Translations under genes and position numbers: made by a program
Notes under the pieces: generated by a model
Seen by the model: the letters and a program-made list of their open reading frames with translations, nothing else
Database searches by the model: none
Told to the model about the DNA's origin: nothing
In this document: in pieces, positions 17,145 through 27,384 of the stretch
How positions within the stretch are numbered: the first letter of the stretch is position 1
How the letters are laid out: every line of letters begins with the position of its first letter
NCBI GenBank assembly: GCA_046290225.1
Contig: JBKAGE010000071.1
Coordinates: forward strand, 1 to 64,000
Reading direction: 5' to 3'
DNA length: 64,000 bases
From: Bradymonadia bacterium
GTDB lineage: Bacteria; Myxococcota_A; Bradymonadia; UBA7976; UBA1532

Positions 17145-18522
17145 CAAGCACGCCTGGCTCGATCCCCACCCTCCGGGCCACCTCAGGCCCCGAATCTCCT
17201 GCCAACATCACCGTGACGGTGTGGGTCTCCGGACCCACGGGGGTGGTCAACACCGCCCCATGAGCCAGTCCGTCATTCATCTGAGCTGGATGCTCAGCCT
17301 CCAGCCAGCGGACCAGATCGAGCAGCCCATCGAAGCCACGCTTCTGAACCGACCGGTCGTTCAGGTGCAACCACACGCCGTCGACGCCTGGCTCAAGGTG
17401 TTTTTCGAGAGCGAGGGCCACTCGACCCATGGTGAAGCGGGCGTTGATCTCCACCAACGGGCGCAGCCGTAGCCGCCCCAGAGCGCCACGGTGTACCAGA
17501 CCGTCGATGCCAGCGGGGCCCCGGTGTCCTGCTGCAGAGAGCTTCTCTCCCACCAGCCGAGCGTGGTGTATGAGGGCGCTGGGCACGTCGTGTGCGTGCC
17601 ACCACGTGGCCACCTCGTAGGGCAGCCCGGAGGTGGGATCTCCGAGGAGCGCCCCCTGATATTGCCCCCGAATGTCGGTGAGGAACCGTCCGAGGCCAAT
17701 GACCCGTACAGACCCGTCGCCCTGGATCTCGATCTGCACCCCGACGTCGATCACCTTGCTCAGCCAGGGCTCCACGACGACTGCGCCGTGCCGCCTGAGT
17801 ACCCGATCGAGCCAGCGCCCGCGGACCTCGGCGTGCTCACGGAGCTCGCGGGCGTCGACGCGGATCATGTCTCTGCCCGAAGAGCCGAAGGCCCCTTTGA
17901 CGACGGCCCTTGGCCAGCGTTCGAGCACGTCGGCAAGGGCGGCCTCGGCGTCGTGGGCTTCGGTGAAGGGGCGGCCGAGCACATCAGGTGTGTCGTCGAT
18001 CCAGGGCGCTCGAGGCCCACTGGCGGCGATCTCGTGGGCCCACTGTGCGCTCTGGGCCTTACTGCTCAGCGTGCGCAGCCCCGGGTGCCAGGGGAGATGT
18101 TGATGTTCATCGGTCCAGGGTGGTGGGAGGCTGATATCACCCCCATGGGCTGGTCTGATGACGCCGCTCAGCGCATAGAGCGCGTCCGGTCCCCAGCCCC
18201 AGGGCTTGAGGGCGCCGAGCCTCTCACCTTGCAGTCGCATCGGGTTGCTCCAGTACGCGAGGCTGCCGCGGGCGTTCTTCGGTGATCGCACACATCTCCA
18301 GTTTGGAACAGAGACACCGAGCTGACGCAGACGCTCCAGGTGAGGCTTCGGCGGTGGCTCGCTGAGCAGGACGATGTCGTCGGCGCTCGCGAGCAACATG
18401 GGGATCGTCTGCAGATCTCGGGTGAGCTGCACGACGCCCTGTGGCGGTTGATAGATCTCCGGAAAGAACCCGATGTGGGCCTCGACGGCGGGGTTGAACC
18501 AGTAGATGTCGCTCAGAGGCAT
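17134..18522 (-). CDS. ATP-grasp-like protein of unknown function
   Basis: VVKGAFGSSGR, VVVEPW, GPAGIDG, LVEINARFTMG. Confidence 0.7.
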   Translation of the reverse strand: MPLSDIYWFNPAVEAHIGFFPEIYQPPQGVVQLTRDLQTIPMLLASADDIVLLSEPPPKPHLERLRQLGVSVPNWRCVRSPKNARGSLAYWSNPMRLQGERLGALKPWGWGPDALYALSGVIRPAHGGDISLPPPWTDEHQHLPWHPGLRTLSSKAQSAQWAHEIAASGPRAPWIDDTPDVLGRPFTEAHDAEAALADVLERWPRAVVKGAFGSSGRDMIRVDARELREHAEVRGRWLDRVLRRHGAVVVEPWLSKVIDVGVQIEIQGDGSVRVIGLGRFLTDIRGQYQGALLGDPTSGLPYEVATWWHAHDVPSALIHHARLVGEKLSAAGHRGPAGIDGLVHRGALGRLRLRPLVEINARFTMGRVALALEKHLEPGVDGVWLHLNDRSVQKRGFDGLLDLVRWLEAEHPAQMNDGLAHGAVLTTPVGPETHTVTVMLAGDSGPEVARRVGIEPGVLVTG

Positions 18523-18548
18523 GAGGGGCCCTCGCAATGCTCGCGAGG

Positions 18549-18585
18549 GAGTTTCGGGCACGGACACGGACACGGGCAAGGGCAC
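18549..18585 (+). repeat. degenerate solo copy of the GGGCAC-repeat arm
   Basis: GAGTTTCGGGCACGGACACGGACACGGGCAAGGGCAC versus GAGTTTTTCGGGCACGGGCAC... at about 7362. Confidence 0.65.
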
Positions 18586-18636
18586 ATGTCGAGCGCACGC
18601 TGGATCCATGATCCTTCGAGCGAGCTGACTGCGTGA

Positions 18637-18660
18637 GATCCATGGCTGAGACGCTGCGTA
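18637..18660 (+). promoter_or_regulatory. conserved upstream motif GATCC-N15-CGTA, copy 1
   Basis: Same motif and spacing at 19627-19650, at nearly the same distance from the paralogue ATG. Confidence 0.5.
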
Positions 18661-18707
18661 TTGGGTGAGACCGGTCAATGTGCCCACCCCGAGCTCGAGG
18701 CAAGCCC

Positions 18708-19565
18708 ATGAAGAAGCGTACCCACAGCCATTTGGAAGATCTCCCCATCGTCGGACCATGCCACCTGCCCCGCGGCACTCTGGACACGACGGTGAAGGCG
18801 GTCCACTGCGATGCGTGTGAGAAGACCGTGCACAATCTGTCGCAGATGAGCCGGGCAGAGGCGGCAGAGTTGCTCAATGGCGAGGGGCCTGCCCCCTGCG
18901 TGTCGTACGAGGCTGATCCCGAGACGGGCCTCATCGTGTACGCCGACGAAGATCCACGAAGAGGAGGCCCGAGCCGGCTGCGCTGGATCGTCATGGCAGC
19001 CACCCTCGGGATTGCCAGCGCCGGGGTGGCGAATATGGCAGAGCGCCCCGATGCAGAGGTGAAGGCGGCCATGAGCGCCATCAAGGCACGGCTGGCCCAG
19101 ATACAGAGTCAGGCACAGAGCCAGAGCACGACGTCAGAGGGATCACTGCCCGGTGGCGGCTTCATCGCCCCGAGTAGAGGTGTGGCTGGCGATGAGGTGC
19201 ACAATGGCGTCAGCCTCGCCGAGAGCATCGAGTCAGCCTTGTCTCCTGAGCGCGACGCCCACAACTCTGCCAGGCGTGCAGACACTCCACCTCAGACCAC
19301 CGAGAGGGTCGGTGAGCACATACCGGCAAAGCCTGTCGAGGATGACCGCGCTGTCGAGCTGGTCGCTCTCGCCGAGCAGGCGCCCGAGCCCACCACACAT
19401 GCGGCCACCCCGGCGTCTGACAGGCCTCTGTATTTCGGTTGGATATTCGACCTTGAACCGTTCGAGCCAGTGGCGGAGGCACACCCGGAAGTGGCCAGCT
19501 ACCCGGAGGTTGACGATGGCTGCAATGAGGGAGATGTGGTGGGCGGCAAGGTCTGCAAGAGATAG
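18708..19565 (+). CDS. membrane protein with an N-terminal 4-Cys domain, paralogue 1
   Basis: PC...HCDACEKTVHNLSQMSRAEA...CV, followed by a TM helix and a low-complexity tail. Confidence 0.75.
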   Translation: MKKRTHSHLEDLPIVGPCHLPRGTLDTTVKAVHCDACEKTVHNLSQMSRAEAAELLNGEGPAPCVSYEADPETGLIVYADEDPRRGGPSRLRWIVMAATLGIASAGVANMAERPDAEVKAAMSAIKARLAQIQSQAQSQSTTSEGSLPGGGFIAPSRGVAGDEVHNGVSLAESIESALSPERDAHNSARRADTPPQTTERVGEHIPAKPVEDDRAVELVALAEQAPEPTTHAATPASDRPLYFGWIFDLEPFEPVAEAHPEVASYPEVDDGCNEGDVVGGKVCKR

Positions 19566-19626
19566 ACACGACTGGACATCCACAGGGCCATCGACCTGAA
19601 AAATCGGCCTACGAGCAAAGAGTTTA

Positions 19627-19650
19627 GATCCCCACTGAGAGGCCTGCGTA
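19627..19650 (+). promoter_or_regulatory. conserved upstream motif GATCC-N15-CGTA, copy 2
   Basis: Matches the motif at 18637-18660. Confidence 0.5.
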
Positions 19651-19698
19651 TCGGGGCATATCGGCCACATCGCCCACCCCGGATTCAGAGGCAGACCC

Positions 19699-20586
19699 AT
19701 GAAGAAGCAGACCCCCAGCCATTTGGAAGATCTCCCCATCGTCGGCCCCTGCCACCTGCCTCGCGAGGGCCTGGACGAAACCCCCAAGACCGTGCACTGC
19801 GGCCACTGTGACAAGCCTGTGCACAACCTCTCCCGCATGACCCGGGCCGAGGCCGGCGAGCTGCTCAACGGTGAAGGGCCCAGCCCCTGTGTTTCATACG
19901 AGGCTGACCCGGAGACCGGGCTCATCGTGTATGCCGACGAGGATCCGCAGAAGCCGGGCCCCAGCCGGCTGCGGTGGGTGATCATGGCGGCCGCTGTGGG
20001 GGCAGTGGGGGCTGGCGTCGCGCATCAGGTGCCCCATGCCAACGCCGAGGCGAAGGTCAGCTCGGTCATGCACACCGTCAAGAGCCAGCTGGCCCAGATG
20101 CAGAGCGCAAAGAGCGCCGGTGAGGCCCAGCTGCCCGGAGGTGGGCTGGTGTCGCCAAGCATGATGGGGTTGAGCGGTCAGAGCGCTGGGGGAGAGACCC
20201 TCGGAGAGAGCATCGAGTCGGCCCTCGCATCCCTCGAGCTCTACAACAATGGCCTCAACGGCTCAGGGACGGGGACTGAGGCTGTGCCCACGCCCTCCGA
20301 GATCGAGACGCCCTCGCATCTCACCGCGCCCCTCGTGCCAGCGCCCGAGCACATCAACCTGGCCGTGCCTGCAGAGCCCGAGCGGATGTTCTTGCGCGGT
20401 GATGTGGCCTATGTACCACCGGTTTCGGCGGATCCCACCGCGCACACCGCTGGGCCTGCCGAGCCAGAGGCCAAAGATCCGGCCTGTGTCGAGACTGAAG
20501 AGTTCAGGTCGTGTGATCACAACCCCAACGCTGAGCAGGAGCAGAAGCGCCCCCTGCGTCGCGGAAAGATCAAGCGCCCCCACTGA
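19699..20586 (+). CDS. membrane protein with an N-terminal 4-Cys domain, paralogue 2
   Basis: First ~95 aa are closely similar to paralogue 1; the tails diverge. Confidence 0.75.
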   Translation: MKKQTPSHLEDLPIVGPCHLPREGLDETPKTVHCGHCDKPVHNLSRMTRAEAGELLNGEGPSPCVSYEADPETGLIVYADEDPQKPGPSRLRWVIMAAAVGAVGAGVAHQVPHANAEAKVSSVMHTVKSQLAQMQSAKSAGEAQLPGGGLVSPSMMGLSGQSAGGETLGESIESALASLELYNNGLNGSGTGTEAVPTPSEIETPSHLTAPLVPAPEHINLAVPAEPERMFLRGDVAYVPPVSADPTAHTAGPAEPEAKDPACVETEEFRSCDHNPNAEQEQKRPLRRGKIKRPH

Positions 20587-21139
20587 GAGGTCCTCTGAGC
20601 CGGGTGAACCACAACAGCGTCTCGTCAGTGTCTTGAAAGTGGCGCATGCCGCCGGCGACGAAGCCCACCTTCTCCAACACGCGGGCTGATGCCGAGTTGC
20701 CTGGATGCACACCAGCGACGAAGCCTGCAGGGCGCAGATGCGTCTCAGCGTACTTCAAAGCACCGAGCGCTGCCTCTGTGGCCAGCCCCTGCCCCCACAC
20801 CGTCTTGGAGAGGTGAAAAACCATCTCGAGACGGGGCCCGCCCTCACAGAACTCTCCTCCAGGGGACTCCTCTTCAAAGACATTGAAACCACAGGCCCCC
20901 ACTGGCGTATCTGATGTGTGGGGCACCATGGCCCAGTGCTGGCAGCGATGCCGCTCGAAGTGTCGCCGCCCGGCTTCGATGCTCCGGAGTACGGTCTCGG
21001 CATCCAAGGGCGGCTCGACGAAGCGCATCACATCCGGGTCACCCCAGATGGAGAGCCCTGCGTCGAGATCGGCTGTGGACCAGCATCGAAAACGCAGACG
21101 CTCGGTATGAAACAAGAATACGGAGCTCTGGTCGTGCAT
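20570..21139 (-). CDS. GNAT acetyltransferase, RimJ/RimL type
   Basis: TERLRFR, WGQGLATEAA, NSASARVLEKVGF. Confidence 0.9.
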   Translation of the reverse strand: MHDQSSVFLFHTERLRFRCWSTADLDAGLSIWGDPDVMRFVEPPLDAETVLRSIEAGRRHFERHRCQHWAMVPHTSDTPVGACGFNVFEEESPGGEFCEGGPRLEMVFHLSKTVWGQGLATEAALGALKYAETHLRPAGFVAGVHPGNSASARVLEKVGFVAGGMRHFQDTDETLLWFTRLRGPLSGGA

Positions 21140-21271
21140 CTACATGGCCTCGTGGGGTCAACTGAAGGGGTGCATACACCGATGTAGAGGGCATCGATCC
21201 GGAGGCCGACGACGTGAAGATGATGTCGCTGTCTCCGTGGAGCGGAGCCCATTTCTCAGGAACGCGAGCAT

Positions 21272-21640
21272 ATGAAAGAGCGCAGACAATCACCACGACA
21301 GCCTGTGAGCCTAGTGCGGCTCACCACCACGGACAGCGCCTTTGCCGTGGCCGATCTCTCCATGGCCGGTGCCCTGGTGCACGATGACGGGGCCCTCGGC
21401 GAGACCGGCACACAACACGTGGGCGCCCTCGTCGTGCCCCTCGATGAGGGGACCCGGCCGTTGCCCATGGCGTTTGAGGTCGTGCACCGCGCCGAGGGTC
21501 GATGCGGTGTGAAGTTCATCATCCAGAGCGTCGGGGCGCCGGCGATGGGATCATCGATGACAGGTGGGGGGGGGAGCAGCCTCGCCCCTCTGGCCCGCTA
21601 TCTCGAAGGCCTGGGTGAGGGCGTCGAAGCCGCCGGTTGA
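21272..21640 (+). CDS. PilZ-domain protein
   Basis: ERRQSPR (RxxxR) and DLSMAG (DxSxxG). Confidence 0.78.
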   Translation: MKERRQSPRQPVSLVRLTTTDSAFAVADLSMAGALVHDDGALGETGTQHVGALVVPLDEGTRPLPMAFEVVHRAEGRCGVKFIIQSVGAPAMGSSMTGGGGSSLAPLARYLEGLGEGVEAAG

Positions 21641-21663
21641 AGCGCTGTCGCTGCCCGAAGGGC

Positions 21664-22407
21664 TCAGCCCAGCGACTCCATGAGGGCGTCGGTGATCTCG
21701 GCGTTGTGGTAGACCTTCTGCACATCGTCATCGTCCTCGAGGGTGTCGATGAGCTTCATGAAGGTGGAGAAGTGCTTCTCGCTGATCGCCTTGCTGGTGG
21801 TGGGCACCCGCTGCAAGCCACCTTCCTTGGGCTCGATGCCCATCTCCTGCAGCTTCACCTGGATGGTGTTGAAGTCGGTGCGCTCGCCGTAGACGGTGAT
21901 GAACTCGTCATCGATCTCGAAGTCCTCGGCGCCGGCGTCGATGAGCTCCATCTGCAGCTCTTCTTCGTCGATGCCCTCTTTGCCGAGGAGGAACACGGCC
22001 TTGTGGTTGAAGATGAACTGCAGGCAGCCATCCTTGCCCAGTGAGCCGTTGTTCTTGTTGAAGTAGCTGCGCACGTTGGCCACCGTGCGGGTGTTGTTGT
22101 CGGTGGCGCACTCCACGAAGATGGCCACGCCATCGGGGCCATAGCCCTCGAAGGTGGTCTCGATGAGATCGTCGGCCCCGGCGCCGCTGCCCTTGTTGAT
22201 CGCGGTCTCGATCTTGTCTTTGGGCATGTTCTGGGCGCGGGCGTTCTGAATGGCAGCCCGCAGGCGGGGGTTGGCATCCGGATCCGGACCACCCACCTTC
22301 ACCGCGACGGTGACCTCTTTGATGAGCTTGGTGAAGATCTTGCCCCGCTTGGCATCCTGTGCCCCTTTGCGGTGCCTGATGTTGGCCCATTTACTGTGAC
22401 CGGCCAC
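21664..22407 (-). CDS. yebC: YebC/PmpR-family protein
   Basis: GTG start AGHSKWANIRHRKG; EGYGPDG; DDDDVQKVYHN. Confidence 0.96.
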   Translation of the reverse strand: MAGHSKWANIRHRKGAQDAKRGKIFTKLIKEVTVAVKVGGPDPDANPRLRAAIQNARAQNMPKDKIETAINKGSGAGADDLIETTFEGYGPDGVAIFVECATDNNTRTVANVRSYFNKNNGSLGKDGCLQFIFNHKAVFLLGKEGIDEEELQMELIDAGAEDFEIDDEFITVYGERTDFNTIQVKLQEMGIEPKEGGLQRVPTTSKAISEKHFSTFMKLIDTLEDDDDVQKVYHNAEITDALMESLG

Positions 22408-22512
22408 AGCGCTCTCCTTCTCTGCACGTTCGGGCAGGTTGCTTACCACGGCAGAGACCACGCACGCTACAGTCTGGGCGTGGTCTCTGAGGGTATCCGT
22501 AGAGTTGGGGGG

Positions 22513-24168
22513 TTACTCTCGAGGCTGGAGGGCGATGCCAAAGCCGTCGATGCTGTCGAAGTCTCCGCGGACCTGAAGGGCCCGGAACTGACCATCACCG
22601 CCCGTGCTCGCGCAGCGCACCTCGGGATCGGTGTTGTCGACCTGAGTCTCGGCATCACAGAGTCCCCAACGGGGCACGCCCTCACCCCAGGGGAGGCGCT
22701 CGTCGGCGCCAGGATCTCTGGCTGGATCCCCGCCGAAGCGATACCAGCCCAAGGTGAAGATGACGTTTTCCGTGAGGGCTGTCGCCCGCACAGGATCTGT
22801 ATCGCTCTCGCAGATGAAGGCGACCCCAAAGGCGTCGCGGCTGATGACGTCGTTGATGAGCTGCATGGGCCGGAAGAGGCCGTCGCCACCACTCGAGGTG
22901 CATCGGAGCGCTTCACCGTCGCCCTGGAGGACTTCAGGGCATGTGCCCCAGTTCGGTGACTGCTCACCTTGTACGTCACGCTCGGCATACCCGAGGTAGA
23001 GCTGACAGTGACGTTGGATCCAGCTGGCCACTTCGGGCTGCTGGTCGTCTTCGCACAGGAAGTTCACGGCAAAGCGATCGTCGCCGTTGACGTCACCCCG
23101 AGGCACGAACAGGTGGAACAGGCCGTCTCCACGGGTGGAGATACAACGCTGGCGCCCATCATTGTCCACATCTGCCTCCGGGCAGTTGCCGAAGATCTCG
23201 CTGGGTGCCTCGGGACCGCGGTTCTCGTCCCCTTGAGCCAGCCACACCTTGCAGTGGCTGGCCACATAGGGTCCGCAGGCGCGGCCCTCGTCGATTTGCC
23301 CGTCACAGTCGTCGTCGACGCCGTTGCATTGCTCCGGCTCTGGTGGGGCGGCTTCGGCGGCGCACGTCGAGCCGCCGTTGCCATCACAGGCGAAGTTACC
23401 TGCCTGCCGACACGCGCCGACGCCGGCATAGCAGATCTCGTCGAGGCCCAGATCTTCGTCTATGACCCCGTCACAGTCGTCGTCGAGCTCATTGCAGGTC
23501 TCCGGCTCGGGGAGTTGCGGTTCGGCGTCACAGACGAGGCCTCGATCACCGCAGATGTAGCTGCCCTGAACCCGGCACTGATCCACCCCGGCGATGCAGG
23601 CGTCGCCCACAGGGAAGTTCTCATCGGCGGTGCCGTCGCAGTCGTCGTCGATGCCGTTGCACTCTTCTCCCCCTGGGAGCGGGTTGCCGGGGGCGATGTC
23701 ACAGCCCACGCCGCCTTGATCGTCGCAGATCTGAACGCCGCGGCGCGCGCAGGCGCCCACGCCGACCGTGCACCCGTTGCCGAGGCCCAGCCCCTCGTCG
23801 ATGTTGCCGTCGCAGTCGTCGTCGAGTCGGTTGCACGACTCCGCCAGCGGGCGGCAGCCCGCGTCGACCATGGGGCCCGCGTCCGGCAGGGCTGCGTCGG
23901 GCATGCCCTGATCAGCCACGACGCTTCCATCAGCGAGATCGGCATCCACCAGCGCAGCGTCAGGTGATTCCGCATCTCCGGACAGCGCTGCGTCAGGTGG
24001 AAAGGCGTCATGAACTGGCCCGCGAAGCTCGTCACCGCCATCGGAAGAGGGGCTGATCACACGTGCGTCGGGGCCCTCGTCGGGGAACTGCGAGAGGCAC
24101 CCGGGCAGGGCGAAGAGCGACAGGCCGAGCCCGAGCACCGGGGCAACTGATCTGAGGAGCGTACGCAT
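22513..24168 (-). CDS. lipoprotein with MopE-like CNxxDDDCDG repeats and three C-terminal Cys repeats
   Basis: Lipobox LPGC; four CNxxDDDCDG units; three CxS(T/S)xGDGxF units. Confidence 0.8.
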   Translation of the reverse strand: MRTLLRSVAPVLGLGLSLFALPGCLSQFPDEGPDARVISPSSDGGDELRGPVHDAFPPDAALSGDAESPDAALVDADLADGSVVADQGMPDAALPDAGPMVDAGCRPLAESCNRLDDDCDGNIDEGLGLGNGCTVGVGACARRGVQICDDQGGVGCDIAPGNPLPGGEECNGIDDDCDGTADENFPVGDACIAGVDQCRVQGSYICGDRGLVCDAEPQLPEPETCNELDDDCDGVIDEDLGLDEICYAGVGACRQAGNFACDGNGGSTCAAEAAPPEPEQCNGVDDDCDGQIDEGRACGPYVASHCKVWLAQGDENRGPEAPSEIFGNCPEADVDNDGRQRCISTRGDGLFHLFVPRGDVNGDDRFAVNFLCEDDQQPEVASWIQRHCQLYLGYAERDVQGEQSPNWGTCPEVLQGDGEALRCTSSGGDGLFRPMQLINDVISRDAFGVAFICESDTDPVRATALTENVIFTLGWYRFGGDPARDPGADERLPWGEGVPRWGLCDAETQVDNTDPEVRCASTGGDGQFRALQVRGDFDSIDGFGIALQPRE

Positions 24169-24213
24169 GGGGCGCAGTATAGCGCCAAGTTTGATGTAAG
24201 TAGAGGACCTACC

Positions 24214-27200
24214 TTAGGGGCGGGCTGGATTGGCGGCTCCGAGGCGCCCCAGGCCTCTCACTCGCCAGAGCAGGGAGAAGACCGCCGGTACCAGGAACAG
24301 CGTGAGCAGGGTGGACAACGCCAGACCGCCGAGGACCACGGCGCCCACCCCGCGATACAGCTCCGAGCCCGAGCCTGGAAACAACACCAGGGGGAGCAGG
24401 CCCGCGAGAGAGGTGAGGGCGCTCATGGCGATGGGGCGCACGCGGCGTCGGACGGCATCGGCGATGGCGTCGGCGAGGGGTACGCCCTGACGCATGCGGG
24501 CCAGGGCGCCGTCCACCACGAGGATGGCGTTGTTCACCACCACCCCGATCAAGATCACGAAGCCCAGGGCGGTCATCATGTCGAGGGGCTGACGCCCGAG
24601 CCACGTGTTCACGGCCCAGAGCGCCAGCACCCCGCCAGCGCCGGCGAGGGGCACGCTCACCAGAATCGCCAGGGGGGCCAGAAAATCCTCGAAGAGGGCG
24701 GCGAGGAGCAGGAAGCAGATGATCACCGCCAACAACAGCACGTTGGTGAAGCGACTCTGAGCTGCCTGGAGGTTGCCCGCCGAGCCGGCGTACTCCACCT
24801 GAAGATCCGGAGGCCCGCCACCGGCCTTGAGCGCCTTGTCGACGGCCTCCTGCACTTGCTCGAGGGCCGTCTCCAGGGCCACATCCTTCGGCGGGGAGAT
24901 CTGGAACTTCAGCGCCCTCCGCCGCTCGATGTGTTGAATGACTGTGGGCCCGAGTCGCTCTTCCACCGCGGCGAGAGAGTGCAGGGGCACCACTTGACCC
25001 ATGGGTGTGGCCACCGGCGCCGCTTTGAGGGCTGCTGGATCGTCCATGGAGATGCCCCGGGCCCTCAAGACGACATCGCGCTTGGGCTCGCCCTCGGCGC
25101 CGAGCTCGCCGATGAAGGCGCCGTCGACATAGGCGTCGACGACGAGAGCCAGCTCTGCTGGGGAGAGCCCCTGGCGGCTGGCCTCCGCTCGGCGAGGGAG
25201 CACCCGGAACTCCGGGGCGCCATAGTCCAGGCCGGGGATCGGCCGGATCTGCGCCCCGGGCACCGCCCCCCTCAGCGCGCCGAAGAGACCCGCACCGAAG
25301 GTGATGGTGCCCTCGATGTCGGCGCTGAGCAGGTCGACCTCGATGCTGCGACCGCCGCCGAGGCGTCTGCCGAAGAGGCTGGCCTGGTTGGCGAAGGCAA
25401 AGACCCCGGGCACCTGACTCTGGGCCTCTCGAACGAGGGCTGCCACCTCACCGGCGCGCTTGGGATCCTGGGCCACGGCCCCCATGAAGGCAGAGTCGGG
25501 GGTGCCCACGTAGAAAGTGCGATCCAGCGCAGGCTTGCCGTCGACCTCCACGCCCACGTACTGCACGAGGTGGTGCTGGATCTTCTCGCCGATGGCGTTC
25601 ATCTCGCTGATGTCGTACCCCGGCGGTGGGATCACCACCCCGAAGACTACATTGCGGTTCCCCGTGGGCAGATACTCCAGCGGAGGCAACAGACTGAGGC
25701 CCAGCCATCCGGTGCCGCCGAGGCCGATGACGGCCACCACCAGGGCCCGCCACGGAGAGGCCACGAGCCCCCGCACGCCACGGCCTACCCGAGCAGAGGG
25801 GCCCTTCGCCGTCTGCAAGTCTTCTGGGGCTGCGGTGAGATCTTCCGCTGTGGCGCCCTTGCGTTGCCTCAACAGCCGCGCCGAGAAGCTGGGGATCACC
25901 ATGACGCTCACCGCCAGGGAGGCGAAGACCGAGACCGAGATGGCCACCGCCACGTCTCGGAGCAGCTCACCCACTTCGTCTTGCCAGCTGATGATGGGCA
26001 GGAACACCGCCGCCGTGGTGAGGGTGCTCGCGAGGATCGCCCCCCAGACCTCCCGGGTGCCCTTGAGGGCAGCTAGGCGGACCGAGCCGGTGCGTTGTCG
26101 CCAGGTGTCGATGCTCTCGAGGACCACGATGGAGTTGTCCACCACCATGCCCACGGCGAAGGCCATGCCCGCGAGAGAGACGATGTTGAGGGTACGCCCC
26201 AGAAGGGCCATGCCCAAGGCGGTGCCCACGATGCTCACGGGGATCGACAGCGCCACCACCATCGAGGCCCCGATCGATCGCAAGAACAACAGCAGCACCA
26301 CCACCGCCAGCAGCCCGCCGAGCAGCAAGTTCTGCCCCACGAGATCGAGGGCGCCCTCGATGTAGCCCGTCTGGTCGCTCACGATGCGCATGCCCAGGCC
26401 CTCGGGGGCCAGGAGCTCGTCGTTGATCGCGTCGACCTCCTGGCGGATCTCCCGGGTCACCTCGAGCACGTTGAAGCCCGCCTCGCGGAAGAACAGCATC
26501 GCCATGGAGGGGGCACCGTTCACCATGCCCATGGCCGTGGCCTTGCGCAGGCCAAGCTGCACGGTGGCCACCTCTTCGAGCCGGATCGGATCACCATCGG
26601 GGCCGGTGCCCACCACGAGCAGGGCCAGATCTCGGGGATCAGAGGGGGCCACGTCGGTGCGGACGATGTAGCGGCGTTTGCCGATGGGCATATCGCCGGC
26701 AGAGACGTCTCGGAGGGCGCCGCGGATCACCGTGGAGATGCCCCCCACCGTGAGGCCGCGGGCGGCGAGGGCCCTGGGATCGAAATCTACCTGCACCTCG
26801 GTCTCTCGACCACCGATGAGACGGATGCTCGCCACCCCGGGGATCCGCTCCAGGCGTGGGAGGATCACATCTTCCACCCAGGTGCGATACGCCTCGACTT
26901 GCCCGCCGCGGATCTCCGCCTGAATCACCGTCACTGCCAGAGGGGGCCCGGTGCTGTTCGCCGTGGAGATCACGGGCCGATCCACCCCCTCGGGATAGGC
27001 AGGCACCCGAGACAGCAGGTTGTTCACCCGGACCAGGGCCTCTTCGAGATCAGCCCCAACCTCCAACTCCAGGGTGATGCTCGCTGAGCCACTCCGGCTC
27101 GAGCTGTCCATCTGCACCAGCCCCGGCAGGCTCTTGAGCACCTCTTCCTGGGGCTCGATCACGTCGGATTCGAGCTCTGCAGGGGTGGCACCGGGCCAGA

Positions 27201-27384
27201 ACGTGGAGACCGAGAGTGTGGGCACGGAGATGTCGGGGGTGAGCTGGATCGGGAGGTCGGCCACGGAGAGCAGCCCGAACAAGATCACCAGGATCACGCC
27301 CACGGTGATCGAGACCGGGCGGGAGACGGCCCAACCGACGATGCCACCCTCAGAGGGTCCACCCGAAGGTGCCGAGGCGTTCAC
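24214..27384 (-). CDS. RND efflux permease (AcrB/AcrD/AcrF family)
   Basis: 1056 aa; GMVVDNSIVVLE, GVVVNNAIL, RVRPIAM. Confidence 0.95.
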   Translation of the reverse strand: MNASAPSGGPSEGGIVGWAVSRPVSITVGVILVILFGLLSVADLPIQLTPDISVPTLSVSTFWPGATPAELESDVIEPQEEVLKSLPGLVQMDSSSRSGSASITLELEVGADLEEALVRVNNLLSRVPAYPEGVDRPVISTANSTGPPLAVTVIQAEIRGGQVEAYRTWVEDVILPRLERIPGVASIRLIGGRETEVQVDFDPRALAARGLTVGGISTVIRGALRDVSAGDMPIGKRRYIVRTDVAPSDPRDLALLVVGTGPDGDPIRLEEVATVQLGLRKATAMGMVNGAPSMAMLFFREAGFNVLEVTREIRQEVDAINDELLAPEGLGMRIVSDQTGYIEGALDLVGQNLLLGGLLAVVVLLLFLRSIGASMVVALSIPVSIVGTALGMALLGRTLNIVSLAGMAFAVGMVVDNSIVVLESIDTWRQRTGSVRLAALKGTREVWGAILASTLTTAAVFLPIISWQDEVGELLRDVAVAISVSVFASLAVSVMVIPSFSARLLRQRKGATAEDLTAAPEDLQTAKGPSARVGRGVRGLVASPWRALVVAVIGLGGTGWLGLSLLPPLEYLPTGNRNVVFGVVIPPPGYDISEMNAIGEKIQHHLVQYVGVEVDGKPALDRTFYVGTPDSAFMGAVAQDPKRAGEVAALVREAQSQVPGVFAFANQASLFGRRLGGGRSIEVDLLSADIEGTITFGAGLFGALRGAVPGAQIRPIPGLDYGAPEFRVLPRRAEASRQGLSPAELALVVDAYVDGAFIGELGAEGEPKRDVVLRARGISMDDPAALKAAPVATPMGQVVPLHSLAAVEERLGPTVIQHIERRRALKFQISPPKDVALETALEQVQEAVDKALKAGGGPPDLQVEYAGSAGNLQAAQSRFTNVLLLAVIICFLLLAALFEDFLAPLAILVSVPLAGAGGVLALWAVNTWLGRQPLDMMTALGFVILIGVVVNNAILVVDGALARMRQGVPLADAIADAVRRRVRPIAMSALTSLAGLLPLVLFPGSGSELYRGVGAVVLGGLALSTLLTLFLVPAVFSLLWRVRGLGRLGAANPARP

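Noticed and set aside
15099..17147. Long antisense ORFs (also 7927-10170, 28789-31533, 37736-39673, 41506-43095, 58279-60309)
   Set aside because: Stop-free shadows expected from strong GC3 codon bias opposite genes with clear motifs
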